Positions 45,770 through 54,357 of a stretch of 64,000 bases of DNA are shown here, piece by piece. A program made the translations under genes and the position numbers. Origin of the DNA: a virus; IMG/VR virus record IMGVR_UViG_3300025853_000048, positions 1 to 64,000 of that record; one strand, written 5' to 3'. The notes below the pieces were generated by a model. That model saw only the letters and a program-made list of their open reading frames with translations. It was not told the origin of the DNA and did no database searches. Numbering within the stretch: position 1 is the first letter of the stretch; every line of letters begins with the position of its first letter.

Positions 45770-46336
45770 TTAATTCGCGAATCCTTCGGTTGCTCTATGC
45801 CCGCACCTTGCGTAACACTTTCGGACGTTCTCCCACGCTTCCCTGTCGCAATCCATACCCAGAGGGCGGAAACTGGAATCTCCTCTTTCTCTCTGATCGT
45901 CATCATGATTGAATGCTGCCTCCAATTCCTTTTCGATCAATGCTTGTGTGTTGGGGTTTATTTGATCCCAGTTTTCTGCCAGGGTTTCAGCGAACAGGAT
46001 GGTCGAACCCGTCATGCGTCCAAGATAGTAGCGGAACGAACAAAAGATCAGGTCATTGATATCCCAGCACTTCTTCTGAGGATTATCGTGTGATCTCAGG
46101 ATGGCTATTGCCTCATTCTCTGATAAACCATTCTGATCGAGGTAAACTCTTAGCAAATCAGCGAACTCGACTTGTTGGTACCGCTTGAGTCTGGCTCGGT
46201 CGGGTTGCGTGTCTAGCCAACTGGCTGAAACAGCGTAGCACCAGGCCAACGTGGTTGTAAGTTCTGATTGATCGAGTGCTGATACCCTCTTTGATTCCTC
46301 GGTAAGAAGATCGATCGCTGACTTTGACTTGCTCAT
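45770..46336 (-). CDS. hypothetical protein
   Basis: 188 aa; contains SFRYYLGRMT and GMDCD...W, seen in small phage proteins. Confidence 0.65.
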   Translation of the reverse strand: MSKSKSAIDLLTEESKRVSALDQSELTTTLAWCYAVSASWLDTQPDRARLKRYQQVEFADLLRVYLDQNGLSENEAIAILRSHDNPQKKCWDINDLIFCSFRYYLGRMTGSTILFAETLAENWDQINPNTQALIEKELEAAFNHDDDQRERGDSSFRPLGMDCDREAWENVRKCYARCGHRATEGFAN

Positions 46337-47445
46337 TATTCTTCAACCATGCTCACCTGGACTTCAACAGTGGGATCTTCTCCGTTAGTAACGACGGTGA
46401 AACTGGAAAACCCTGTTGGTTGGTCTCCGTCCTGTGCGTCTCCCATCGCTCCTGTATTGGCATGAGTTACGGTAACGACGGATCCTGAAGCACTGGCTGA
46501 ATAATCTGCATCCCCATTAATCGCTGCGGCAATGGTGGTTGCCAGGGTGTCATCATCCATTGTATCAGTCACTGTGGTTATCTCTACGCTTCTGGTTAAT
46601 GCTGCAGACCCTGATGGTTCTGCGGTCCCCGTGTCGCCAACGTCAATCCAAAACCCCACTGTTCCTGCATCATCACTGAGTTGGATGTAGGTGCCATCCA
46701 GAACGCCCTGATCAGCCCCGTTTGTCGTGACGGTAAAGTCGGTAAATCCTGTTGTTTGAGCTCCGTCTTCCCCGTCCGCTACATCTCCCTCGGTGGCGTG
46801 GGTTACGGTAACGACTGATCCGGAAACCGTAGCAGAAAATTTACTATCAGCATTAATCGCTGTGGCCATCTTGGCTGCTACAACTAAAGCCGTGTCGTCA
46901 GTGGCAATTGTTGTTACCTCAACACTTCTGGTCAGTGCCGCAGATCCTGCCGGTTCACTGGTTCCCGAGTCATCGGTATCAATCCAGAACCCTACGGTAC
47001 CGGACTCGTCACTGAGTTGGATATACTTACCATCCAGAGAATCTGAAACATCCGCAACAGCCGTGAACGTTTCGACCTGGGCGACCGCTCCGGTCCCCGT
47101 CACATCGAATGACTCGACCTGGGCAACGACATAACTTTTAAGATGTAACGCGTTGCCGTTTAACCGCATGATAAATGACTCGCCAGGGTTGATCCGGAGC
47201 GGGTAGTTGGTTCCGTCATCGCCGGCCCTGACGTAATTGGTTGCATCCAGGTTTTTGATCCGGGCAACTCCAATAGTTGCAAGATCTCCCTTATCAACTG
47301 ATATGCCAGAAGAGGTGGCGGATGCGATGGTTTCCAGGTACAGATCGCCAGAGACATCGATTTTTTGCTGCTCGGCAGTCCGTTTGAGACTGGCGCCGCC
47401 TTTATCAAATTCGAATGATGTGAGTAGGTTTATTTCGTCGGCCAT
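46336..47445 (-). CDS. putative virion structural protein with an internal duplicated domain
   Basis: Two ~120-aa repeats (LDG.YIQLSD..GTVGFWID....GSAALTRSVE.TT....SGSVVTVTHA). Confidence 0.7.
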   Translation of the reverse strand: MADEINLLTSFEFDKGGASLKRTAEQQKIDVSGDLYLETIASATSSGISVDKGDLATIGVARIKNLDATNYVRAGDDGTNYPLRINPGESFIMRLNGNALHLKSYVVAQVESFDVTGTGAVAQVETFTAVADVSDSLDGKYIQLSDESGTVGFWIDTDDSGTSEPAGSAALTRSVEVTTIATDDTALVVAAKMATAINADSKFSATVSGSVVTVTHATEGDVADGEDGAQTTGFTDFTVTTNGADQGVLDGTYIQLSDDAGTVGFWIDVGDTGTAEPSGSAALTRSVEITTVTDTMDDDTLATTIAAAINGDADYSASASGSVVTVTHANTGAMGDAQDGDQPTGFSSFTVVTNGEDPTVEVQVSMVEE

Positions 47446-47512
47446 GTTATTTGGGGGTTGGTGGTTTTAATAGGGGGTATTTATAACACCTTTATTTACA
47501 AAACTTAAGTAA

Positions 47513-47770
47513 TTATTTCACCTGGTAAAAGAAAACTCCCTCCCGGGAATCAAGATTGATTTCGCCGATGAACACCATGTTTTGAAGCAGGGTGATCCAC
47601 CATTCCAGGGATCGTTTGCGGTTTCGATAGAACTTGTTGAACTCAGTGGCGGTTTTCTCTCTGTGGAAATATTGCTTTAATTCTGCTACCTCTTCCGAGA
47701 AGGCCTTGATTTCCTTGCGGATCTCCTTCTTGCGTCGGGATATGCTTAGCTCTGCTGTTGAGTTCTTCAT
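47513..47770 (-). CDS. hypothetical protein
   Basis: Likely start MKNSTAEL at 47770 (85 aa). Confidence 0.5.
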   Translation of the reverse strand: MKNSTAELSISRRKKEIRKEIKAFSEEVAELKQYFHREKTATEFNKFYRNRKRSLEWWITLLQNMVFIGEINLDSREGVFFYQVK

Positions 47771-47789
47771 GATTGTGGTGGTTTTTGTC

Positions 47790-47877
47790 TTGACTGGGTG
47801 GGTTGCGGTTCTGTTAAAATGATGTTGGAGCGCGAGGTCGCCGAGGGCTCCCCGGCTCAACTAATTACTGTTCTCCT
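47790..47877 (+). promoter_or_regulatory. array B anchor site: sigma70-like promoter, L-box hairpin and R' core (attI-like candidate)
   Basis: TTGACT(47790)-N19-TAAAAT(47815) with TGn extension, GTTGGAGC...GCTCAAC, and GTTCTCCT at 47870. Confidence 0.65.
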
Positions 47878-48739
47878 GAGATAACTGCTCCTTAAGTTCC
47901 ATCAGTTCATCAATGATTTCATCCTGGCGCCAAGGGTCAATTTTTTCCCATTCCATTTTCGTGTCCAAGTCCTCTCTACCACAGGAATCCACGCGCATCA
48001 TGCAGTTCAGAATCTCTGCCGCCACCTGCGGCACTATCGCGTTTCCGAGTCCTCTAAGTCGGTCCAATGCTCGGGGTACCCCATCAAAATCTCGACAGAA
48101 ACAGGATCCCATTTCAATTTGGCGTATTCCGTTCCCCTCAATTTGTTTTGGCTCCCACCTGCTTCCTGGACTGTTCCGTTCCATTTTTCGCTTCCCGCGC
48201 ACGGCGTGGGCAAGAATCCAGACTCTATCTCTCCGATGTTGCGCCCCGATGGCACAAGCCGGAATAATGATTGCCTGCGCGGAGTAGCCAATCCCCTCCA
48301 AGTCAGAAAGCACTTCATCGAGGCCCATCGTGATGTGACCAGCAACATTTTCACACAATGCCCAACGGGGTCGGAGGTGTCCAAGAATTCGCAATAGTTC
48401 CGGCCAGAGGTGACGGTCATCTTCCGCGCCTCTTCGCTTCCCGGCGCTACTGAAAGGTTGGCAAGGGTATCCTCCGGTAATAAGCTCAATTGTTCCATAG
48501 TTATCAGGGTCTAAAGTTTTTACGTTGTCGTGGATTGGTACGCCGGGGAAGTTCTTCGCCAGCACCTTTTGCGCCCATGGGTCTACCTCGCAGAACCCCA
48601 CGGTTTCGATTCCTCCGACCATGCGAGCTGCCAGGGCGAAACCACCGATACCGGAGAACAGGTCGAGATGCCGCAAAGGAGAACAAGACGCAGCAGGTAA
48701 TGCTTCATCCCGTTGGTCTGTTCGCATACCTGTGCTCAT
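47861..48739 (-). CDS. C5-cytosine DNA methyltransferase, cassette B1
   Basis: LDLFSGIGG, GGYPCQPFS, ENV, QHRRDR, LGNAIVP. Confidence 0.92.
   Translation of the reverse strand: MSTGMRTDQRDEALPAASCSPLRHLDLFSGIGGFALAARMVGGIETVGFCEVDPWAQKVLAKNFPGVPIHDNVKTLDPDNYGTIELITGGYPCQPFSSAGKRRGAEDDRHLWPELLRILGHLRPRWALCENVAGHITMGLDEVLSDLEGIGYSAQAIIIPACAIGAQHRRDRVWILAHAVRGKRKMERNSPGSRWEPKQIEGNGIRQIEMGSCFCRDFDGVPRALDRLRGLGNAIVPQVAAEILNCMMRVDSCGREDLDTKMEWEKIDPWRQDEIIDELMELKEQLSQENSN
48034..48498 (-). CDS. alternative-frame ORF overlapping the C5-MTase
   Basis: 154-aa ATG-started ORF with MEQLSLLPED...EARKMTVTSG...LPTP...VEILMGYP..WTDL, a pattern I recall from overprinted frames of phage C5-MTases. Confidence 0.5.
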   Translation of the reverse strand: MEQLSLLPEDTLANLSVAPGSEEARKMTVTSGRNYCEFLDTSDPVGHCVKMLLVTSRWASMKCFLTWRGLATPRRQSLFRLVPSGRNIGEIESGFLPTPCAGSEKWNGTVQEAGGSQNKLRGTEYAKLKWDPVSVEILMGYPEHWTDLEDSETR

Positions 48740-48749
48740 ACGTTCTGCT
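48677..48749 (+). repeat. attC-like site B1
   Basis: AGGAGAAC..GCAGCAGGTAATGC...GCATACCTGTGC..GTTCTGCT. Confidence 0.85.
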
Positions 48750-48811
48750 AGTAAATCCCCATCATCATCTCATCCTCTCCTCCAGCACTTTCCACGAAGG
48801 AAATAGGGGCA

Positions 48812-49147
48812 TTAGGATTCCACTTTTCCGCTTTCTCTTGCTCTGATCCATCCGTCTTCCCAGACGTTGGCGATGATATTTTCGGCGTCTCCTTCTCCGA
48901 GTCCGTATTCGAGGAGGATGTTTCTGATTCTGTGGTAGTATTCATTGTCTGTAAATCCGAGCCAGTCGCGACCCCAAGGGGATCCTGTGCAATCTGTTCC
49001 CGAGAAGTCTATCTTGATATTGATGTCCACAACCCCGTCAGCAGAACAAGACGCATCAGCCAATGACTGTTCTTTAGGTTTTTTATCGTCTGATTCCGTT
49101 GGTTTATCGTTTTGATCACTCATCGTTTTTTGTGGTTGCGCCGTCAT
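48812..49147 (-). CDS. hypothetical protein, cassette B2
   Basis: 111-aa ORF starting inside attC B2. Confidence 0.6.
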   Translation of the reverse strand: MTAQPQKTMSDQNDKPTESDDKKPKEQSLADASCSADGVVDINIKIDFSGTDCTGSPWGRDWLGFTDNEYYHRIRNILLEYGLGEGDAENIIANVWEDGWIRARESGKVES

Positions 49148-49169
49148 GGCTGTGCTTCAGCGTTCTCTC
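49040..49169 (+). repeat. attC-like site B2
   Basis: AGCAGAAC..GCATCAGCCAATGAC...GTCATGGCTGTGC..GTTCTCTC. Confidence 0.85.
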
Positions 49170-49170
49170 T

Positions 49171-49995
49171 TTAAAATAACTCCGGTTGAGGTGGGGCGTG
49201 GTGCTCGGCTTTCGGCTCCGAGAAGTCGAGGACTTCCTGAAGCATCCTTTGGGCTGCTATCTCGCAGTATTTCTCCTGCATCTCGACCCCCACGCATTTA
49301 ACCCCGGCATCTTTACAGGCTCTTAACGTGGTCCCTGATCCCATCCACGGATCGAGAGCAGTTTTTACATCTCCCGCCTGTTGGAGTGCCCACACCATTA
49401 CGTCCAGAGGTTTCTGGGTTGGATGGTCCCGCTTTTCCGATCCTTTTCGAGCCATTCCATTCCACAGATGTTTTTTTATTCGCATCGCTCCATTGAGATT
49501 GTTCCACGCCATCTCACCATCAGCGAAGTTTCCATTCATTTCCTTATCCCAGACTAGCGGCCCTTTGCACGGCGGCAGATCGTAGTAATTCCCCCCGAAT
49601 ATGATTTGTTTTTCGCAGATATTCCGCGCCAGTTCCATTACCCATCTTGGGACTGGTTCTTTATCCCAGTCGGTCAGTTCGTAGGTTCGCTTCGCAACTC
49701 TCCGATGTCCGCTCCCTACTATATTCCCGCTTGCTTTGTGCATCGCTTTATCGGCTCCGATACCATAAGGTGGATCACACAGAAGCAGATCAAACCTCCC
49801 TAGATGCGGCATTATCTTCCCACAGTCGCCGTGATAGATCGTCACATAATCGTCCTGGTAGTAGGGACTGTACAGTGTACAGTCATCCGCTGTACACTGT
49901 ACAGTCGGCTCGTCTGGAGAGAACAAGACGGTGGAGCCAATGCTATCCTCTATGTCGTTTTTCGTGGTTTTCATCGTCGTTCGTTCGGATCGCAT
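49171..49995 (-). CDS. N4/N6 DNA methyltransferase (beta class), cassette B3; close paralogue of A2
   Basis: LCDPPYG, HPTQKP, LDPWMGSGTT; long stretches identical to 13304..14092. Confidence 0.9.
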   Translation of the reverse strand: MRSERTTMKTTKNDIEDSIGSTVLFSPDEPTVQCTADDCTLYSPYYQDDYVTIYHGDCGKIMPHLGRFDLLLCDPPYGIGADKAMHKASGNIVGSGHRRVAKRTYELTDWDKEPVPRWVMELARNICEKQIIFGGNYYDLPPCKGPLVWDKEMNGNFADGEMAWNNLNGAMRIKKHLWNGMARKGSEKRDHPTQKPLDVMVWALQQAGDVKTALDPWMGSGTTLRACKDAGVKCVGVEMQEKYCEIAAQRMLQEVLDFSEPKAEHHAPPQPELF

Positions 49996-50017
49996 GGCTC
50001 ACCTTTAGCGTTCTAAT
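49917..50017 (+). repeat. attC-like site B3
   Basis: GAGAGAAC..GGTGGAGCCAATGC...GCATGGCTCACC..GTTCTAAT. Confidence 0.85.
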
Positions 50018-50468
50018 TCAGTGCCTCTGGGTAACAAATATACTCGCCCAGCTTCTCCATACGATACTCCCAAATACCGCCTTCCACCCGCTTCTTATGG
50101 ACATCGTAGCGACTGCCTAAGACCTTGTGGACCTTATCCTTGCGGAGATCTCGCAACCTGGCTGATATACCAGCCGCGGACTCTGGCGGATAGCCTGCTT
50201 CCTGGGCGATGTCCCCTAAGGTGCGCCACTTGCCATCGGTCATCACCTCGTAAACGGCGGTCAGTTGTTTGCCTAGTCGTTTCGTGTCCTCCGCTTCGAT
50301 ATTCGGACCATCAAAATTGAACTCATCTTGCTCTATCATCTCTCTCTCTTGTCTTTTTAGGTTGTAGATACGGTTTTCCCACTTTTCGGCCCGCTTGGAA
50401 TCGCCCTTCTCCAGGGCGTTTTCCATGTAGATACCGGCCTTGCAAATTCTCTCGTCGATATCGGTCAT
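50013..50468 (-). CDS. winged-HTH DNA-binding protein
   Basis: VYEVMTDGKWRTLGDIA...ISARLRDLRK...WEYRM. Confidence 0.7.
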   Translation of the reverse strand: MTDIDERICKAGIYMENALEKGDSKRAEKWENRIYNLKRQEREMIEQDEFNFDGPNIEAEDTKRLGKQLTAVYEVMTDGKWRTLGDIAQEAGYPPESAAGISARLRDLRKDKVHKVLGSRYDVHKKRVEGGIWEYRMEKLGEYICYPEALN

Positions 50469-50821
50469 CTTTTAAAACTGGATAGTTTTTTGTCGCAGTA
50501 TATCTCTTTGTCATATTCTACATCGGGATCAAACCTCCATCCAGATCCGTGTGGTCTTTCGACGCTCCCTCTAACTACCCTTCCTGTTGCAAATTCAACG
50601 CATTGATACCACTGCATTTCATCTGCTTGCTGCCAAGTAGCGACGATTTCTTCAACGGATTCGAACGAGCCTACATAATCAGACCATCCACCACCTGCAT
50701 AGTAGCATTGTGGAGATCCAAACATTAGGTACGGTTTAGTTGTATTAGCTCTGAGAATGGCTACAGCTTGGCTTTCCGTTATGCCTATCTCGTCAATTGC
50801 TTGTGCTAGTATATCCATCAC
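50465..50821 (-). CDS. hypothetical protein
   Basis: 118 aa; 4-nt overlaps with both neighbours. Confidence 0.6.
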   Translation of the reverse strand: MMDILAQAIDEIGITESQAVAILRANTTKPYLMFGSPQCYYAGGGWSDYVGSFESVEEIVATWQQADEMQWYQCVEFATGRVVRGSVERPHGSGWRFDPDVEYDKEIYCDKKLSSFKR

Positions 50822-51036
50822 TTCACCCCAATCGCCTTTTTGATTTCTTCAGTCGATCCATCTCCTTCCAGCATCTCGATCACTTCGGAAAAAGGTTTGA
50901 AATGCGGGTTGCTCGATTTGCTCTCTTCCGCTCGCGACTGATTTGACAGTCCTTTATTCCGAAAAATCCGGTCGTAGTTGGCGCGAAACTGATCGCCGTT
51001 CACGGGTCGTGGTTTATCTCCTTTGCCTGCACTCAT
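50818..51036 (-). CDS. conserved small phage protein
   Basis: N-terminal GKGDKPRP...F..NYDRIF motif. Confidence 0.65.
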   Translation of the reverse strand: MSAGKGDKPRPVNGDQFRANYDRIFRNKGLSNQSRAEESKSSNPHFKPFSEVIEMLEGDGSTEEIKKAIGVK

Positions 51037-51195
51037 CTTAATCTCATCTCATCTTGCACGGAAGCCCGAGGCAGGATTAACCAAGGTAAAAAACACTCTG
51101 CCCCGGGTTTCGTGATCTTGGCGGCAGTCTTTTTGGAACGCCGCCCCAACAGGGCATTGTATGGAAAAATTGATTGTTTTCAAATGTTAATTTGC

Positions 51196-51489
51196 TCATT
51201 TTCGGCCCTCTTCAGCAACCCGGACTGCGTTGCGGACCAGGCTGGTGAATATTGACAACTGGGTCTTGGGGGGTGCGCTCCTGTGTCCCCGTTCCCGTGC
51301 CATGTGGAAATAGCCGCAGAATTCGCATTTGTAGACAATCAGCGGGGTTCCGGATTTCTTCTCTGATTGCGCTTTAGCGGTCAGTGCGAGTTTGCGCCTT
51401 TTGTAAGCGTGCTTGCCGCATTTTCGGGGTAGTTTGGCGACCTTTTCGTGTGCTCTGCGTTGCCTAGGTTTCTGTGTTCTTTTGCTCAT
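51196..51489 (-). CDS. small basic Cys/His protein
   Basis: CGK..Y...A...YKCEFCGYFHM. Confidence 0.6.
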   Translation of the reverse strand: MSKRTQKPRQRRAHEKVAKLPRKCGKHAYKRRKLALTAKAQSEKKSGTPLIVYKCEFCGYFHMARERGHRSAPPKTQLSIFTSLVRNAVRVAEEGRK

Positions 51490-52531
51490 CTTTTTCGCTC
51501 AATACGTTGGTTTCAAAAGCCCCGCTCATATTGGTGTGGTTGTAGGTCTGGTTCGTTATATCCAAACCGCTATGCCCTAGTTTGTAACTGATCTCCTCCA
51601 GCGTCATGCCTTTCTGATAGGCGTGCGTGGCGACCGAGTGACGCAACATGTGCGGTGTGCATTTCGGCAACTGGTGTGCCTTGCAAAGTTTGTTCAGAAA
51701 ATCATTTACCCAGTGCCGGGAGTAGCCCACCCATTGCCCATGTACCTTGTGCGAGAAGATCGGTTCAGTCTCATCGTCGCGGCCTTTGTCCTGGATGTGC
51801 TTTTCGATCCTGACAGCGATCCTGTACGGGATCTCCACTCTGCGTGTCTTCTTGCCCTTGGTGTTCTCTGATCGAAAAATGAAATAATGCTGCCCTGTGG
51901 CACCGTCTCTGCGGAAGTCCTGCGCCTGGAGTGATATGAATTCCGTTACCCTGGCACCAACTGAGTAGAGCGTGTAGAACGCCAACCATCGGATCTGATC
52001 GGCTGTTCCTGCCGTGCCTTTGTCCTTGCGTTCTTCGAGCACGTCCAGCCATCGCTCCACCTCCGGTTCACTCAGAACCTTGTCTTCGATGATTCTATCG
52101 GGCCGCTGCAGTTCGATTTCAACTCCGACGTTATACTGTAGATAACCCAGTCTTTGCGCGTATGACATCAGGGATTTAATCGGATCAATGCGAGTGCGGA
52201 TCGATGCGGGTTTGAGCGTCTGTCCGTTGGGTAACGTTTCCGCTTTGACCTGATCGACGTATTCAGTCATGTCTGCCAGGGTGACGGTTCGTAATGGTTT
52301 TTCCCAGCCGATAAAATCTCGGAACTTGCGGATATTGAGCGCGTAAGTCTCCTGCGTGTTCTCCGATGGACGGGAGCGGATAAACATTTCGATTAGGTGA
52401 TCGTCGTCCCGAGCTCCGGACATATCCGGTTTCGGCTGGTGCGGGTGGTCGATCGGGGTGCCGACTGCATACTGCTTCCGCTCTGCGATGTCGCCAGGTT
52501 CGGGGTCCAGGATTTCGAATTCTTCAGGCAT
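51464..52531 (-). CDS. tyrosine recombinase (XerC/D-like)
   Basis: SAM-like N-domain (SENTQETY); catalytic R (GARVTE), K (TKGKKTR), HxxR (HMLRH), H (LGH), Y (QTYNH). No IntI-specific insert visible. Likely start MPEEF at 52531. Confidence 0.9.
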   Translation of the reverse strand: MPEEFEILDPEPGDIAERKQYAVGTPIDHPHQPKPDMSGARDDDHLIEMFIRSRPSENTQETYALNIRKFRDFIGWEKPLRTVTLADMTEYVDQVKAETLPNGQTLKPASIRTRIDPIKSLMSYAQRLGYLQYNVGVEIELQRPDRIIEDKVLSEPEVERWLDVLEERKDKGTAGTADQIRWLAFYTLYSVGARVTEFISLQAQDFRRDGATGQHYFIFRSENTKGKKTRRVEIPYRIAVRIEKHIQDKGRDDETEPIFSHKVHGQWVGYSRHWVNDFLNKLCKAHQLPKCTPHMLRHSVATHAYQKGMTLEEISYKLGHSGLDITNQTYNHTNMSGAFETNVLSEKDEQKNTET

Positions 52532-52532
52532 T

Positions 52533-52925
52533 TTAAACTCTCTGCAATTCACCGGATAAAACATCGTGTTCAATACACGGATCAATAATTTCCCAGCCCA
52601 GTTCTCTTAAATCGTCCTGGACATCACACATTTCCGACCACGCTTCTTTTGGGTCTAGCTCGTAAGCATAGTCATATCGGAACCAGGGGCGACCACCTGA
52701 TTCCCCGATCGTCACGTTGGAGCGAACGCTGATCAGTTCGGATAGGGATTTCGGAGGGGGTTTCAGATCGCACATATTAAGAGCCTTGGAAATATTCTCG
52801 CCAATCTCTGCCAACTCCTTGGCGCGATCCTGATTGCCTTCTCTTGCCTCTTTATGACACCTGTGGACGATTTCGCGCAACAATTGCCCTACAGTTATCT
52901 CACTTAACAAATCTTCTTTATTCAT
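52533..52925 (-). CDS. hypothetical protein
   Basis: 130-aa ORF in the operon. Confidence 0.6.
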   Translation of the reverse strand: MNKEDLLSEITVGQLLREIVHRCHKEAREGNQDRAKELAEIGENISKALNMCDLKPPPKSLSELISVRSNVTIGESGGRPWFRYDYAYELDPKEAWSEMCDVQDDLRELGWEIIDPCIEHDVLSGELQRV

Positions 52926-53202
52926 CTTTTCCTCTCAGTTGCCCGATCACTGCCGCTTCTTGACTGCGGATGTAGGCATTGAAAACCTCGCCTCGCGAAA
53001 CCTTCTTTTCCTCCACGTATTGAGCAAGGATCGGGTTGAGCTCTAACAACCGGTTAATGATAGTATACGCAGGGCAGTAGTGGCCGGAATTGGGGATTTC
53101 CTCACCACAATCATCGCAGTCGCAGCGTTGCGATAGCGAAATCATTGTGCCGTCGTCGTCCCAAAAAACCAATTGCGCTGACTCTTCCTTTTCTTCACTC
53201 AT
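52918..53202 (-). CDS. hypothetical protein with Cys motif
   Basis: CDCDDC...HYC; 8-nt overlaps with neighbours. Confidence 0.55.
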   Translation of the reverse strand: MSEEKEESAQLVFWDDDGTMISLSQRCDCDDCGEEIPNSGHYCPAYTIINRLLELNPILAQYVEEKKVSRGEVFNAYIRSQEAAVIGQLRGKDE

Positions 53203-54055
53203 CTAACTTTGTTGCTCTCACATAGGTAGGAGCTACCCATTTGATGATTTTTTCTTTCCTTCCCTTCCCTGTTCTGAAGGTATGGAAATGGCCAATTCGG
53301 TAATGAGCCTTTCGGAAATCAACCGTTCCTCCACCTTCCCTTTCTCTGGTTTTGTAGTCCTTGGATGTGATCCTTGTGACCGAAAGCCCAGGGGATTCCC
53401 TTAGGCGCTTTCTTATAGGACTCATTTTTCTTGATCTTTCATGGATCTGCTTCTTTTCCATATCAAGATTCGATGTGAGTAGGCACATGATTGTAGCTTT
53501 AATTATTCGCAGTGGCTCGCAATTGTTGGTGAAATCAAAATTCTTACTAACCTCGGCAGTATATACCCCCCTGTAGTCTTTCTTGGTCTTAACCCATGAG
53601 ACTAATCTTATATATTCTTGATCATAAACAAAGCAAACCCCATGCAGGAACACCTTATCATCTTTTTCAACAACTCCCTGCTGGACCCAGCACGGATCTT
53701 CCGACTCCATTTTGACATTTATTGCAATGGGGATGTTTATTTGGAGATCGTAGGTTTTAAGATCTTCACGTGAAAAATATGATGTTTGTTGATAGATGTC
53801 CTTGAACAATTCGCGGTCCACATCAACAACTTTCCTCGTCGCTAAATAAGCCCCAGCCATATAACATGCCCTCGCATCATCTTTGCTTTGTTTATACGCG
53901 CCTTCGTAAGTCTCGCTTGCTGTCGCTATTTCCTCCTCAGTCATGTCTGGAAGGACTGGGCTAAAACTACGAAACCCGAATTTAATCAGTTCGCTAGCCT
54001 CATTAGATCTGCTTGCTTGACTCGCGTACTCGTTTATCACTGAATCGACCATCAT
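53195..54055 (-). CDS. hypothetical phage protein
   Basis: C-terminal H.R.GHF....G.GR.....KW..P..V motif. Confidence 0.7.
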   Translation of the reverse strand: MMVDSVINEYASQASRSNEASELIKFGFRSFSPVLPDMTEEEIATASETYEGAYKQSKDDARACYMAGAYLATRKVVDVDRELFKDIYQQTSYFSREDLKTYDLQINIPIAINVKMESEDPCWVQQGVVEKDDKVFLHGVCFVYDQEYIRLVSWVKTKKDYRGVYTAEVSKNFDFTNNCEPLRIIKATIMCLLTSNLDMEKKQIHERSRKMSPIRKRLRESPGLSVTRITSKDYKTREREGGGTVDFRKAHYRIGHFHTFRTGKGRKEKIIKWVAPTYVRATKLDE

Positions 54056-54132
54056 ATCTGCGAAGCCTTTCTATATCTTCTTTCTCATCTTTGTTAATGT
54101 TCTCTAATCTTATATACACCCATAATTACCAA

Positions 54133-54160
54133 ACTCAACATAAGTCGGGTTTTGTTAAGT
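54133..54160 (-). repeat. dif-like site D1
   Basis: Minus strand ACTTAACAAAA-CCCGAC-TTATGTTGAGT (11-6-11). Confidence 0.55.
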
Positions 54161-54164
54161 TTTT

Positions 54165-54353
54165 TCATGGTAATCCATCACTTCCTACCCAACCCATCGC
54201 TACCGGATCGGTTTCCTGCCAAAACTCCCCGATGTAATCAACCATTTCCAGTATGTCCTCTCTCGGTTTATCCTGACGGATCATTCGCAACAGTTCCATC
54301 GTGGCATCCTCGAAACTCGGTTGAGTCTCTTCCAGGTATTCAACTAAGCTCAT
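54165..54353 (-). CDS. hypothetical protein
   Basis: 62-aa acidic ORF. Confidence 0.5.
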   Translation of the reverse strand: MSLVEYLEETQPSFEDATMELLRMIRQDKPREDILEMVDYIGEFWQETDPVAMGWVGSDGLP

Positions 54354-54357
54354 GTCT

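Larger units (their letters stand above)
47870..50017. mobile_element. integron-like cassette array B (3 cassettes)
   Basis: Three attC-like sites with perfect 8-bp R'/R'' complementarity per cassette. Confidence 0.85.

Noticed and set aside
12450-50017. CRISPR array or DGR interpretation of the repeats
   Set aside because: Repeats are 70-130 bp imperfect hairpins separated by whole genes; no cas or reverse transcriptase gene and no adenine-specific TR/VR pair seen.
51464-52531. Calling the tyrosine recombinase an integron integrase (intI)
   Set aside because: It lacks the IntI-specific insertion before the HxxR motif and is not adjacent to either anchor site.
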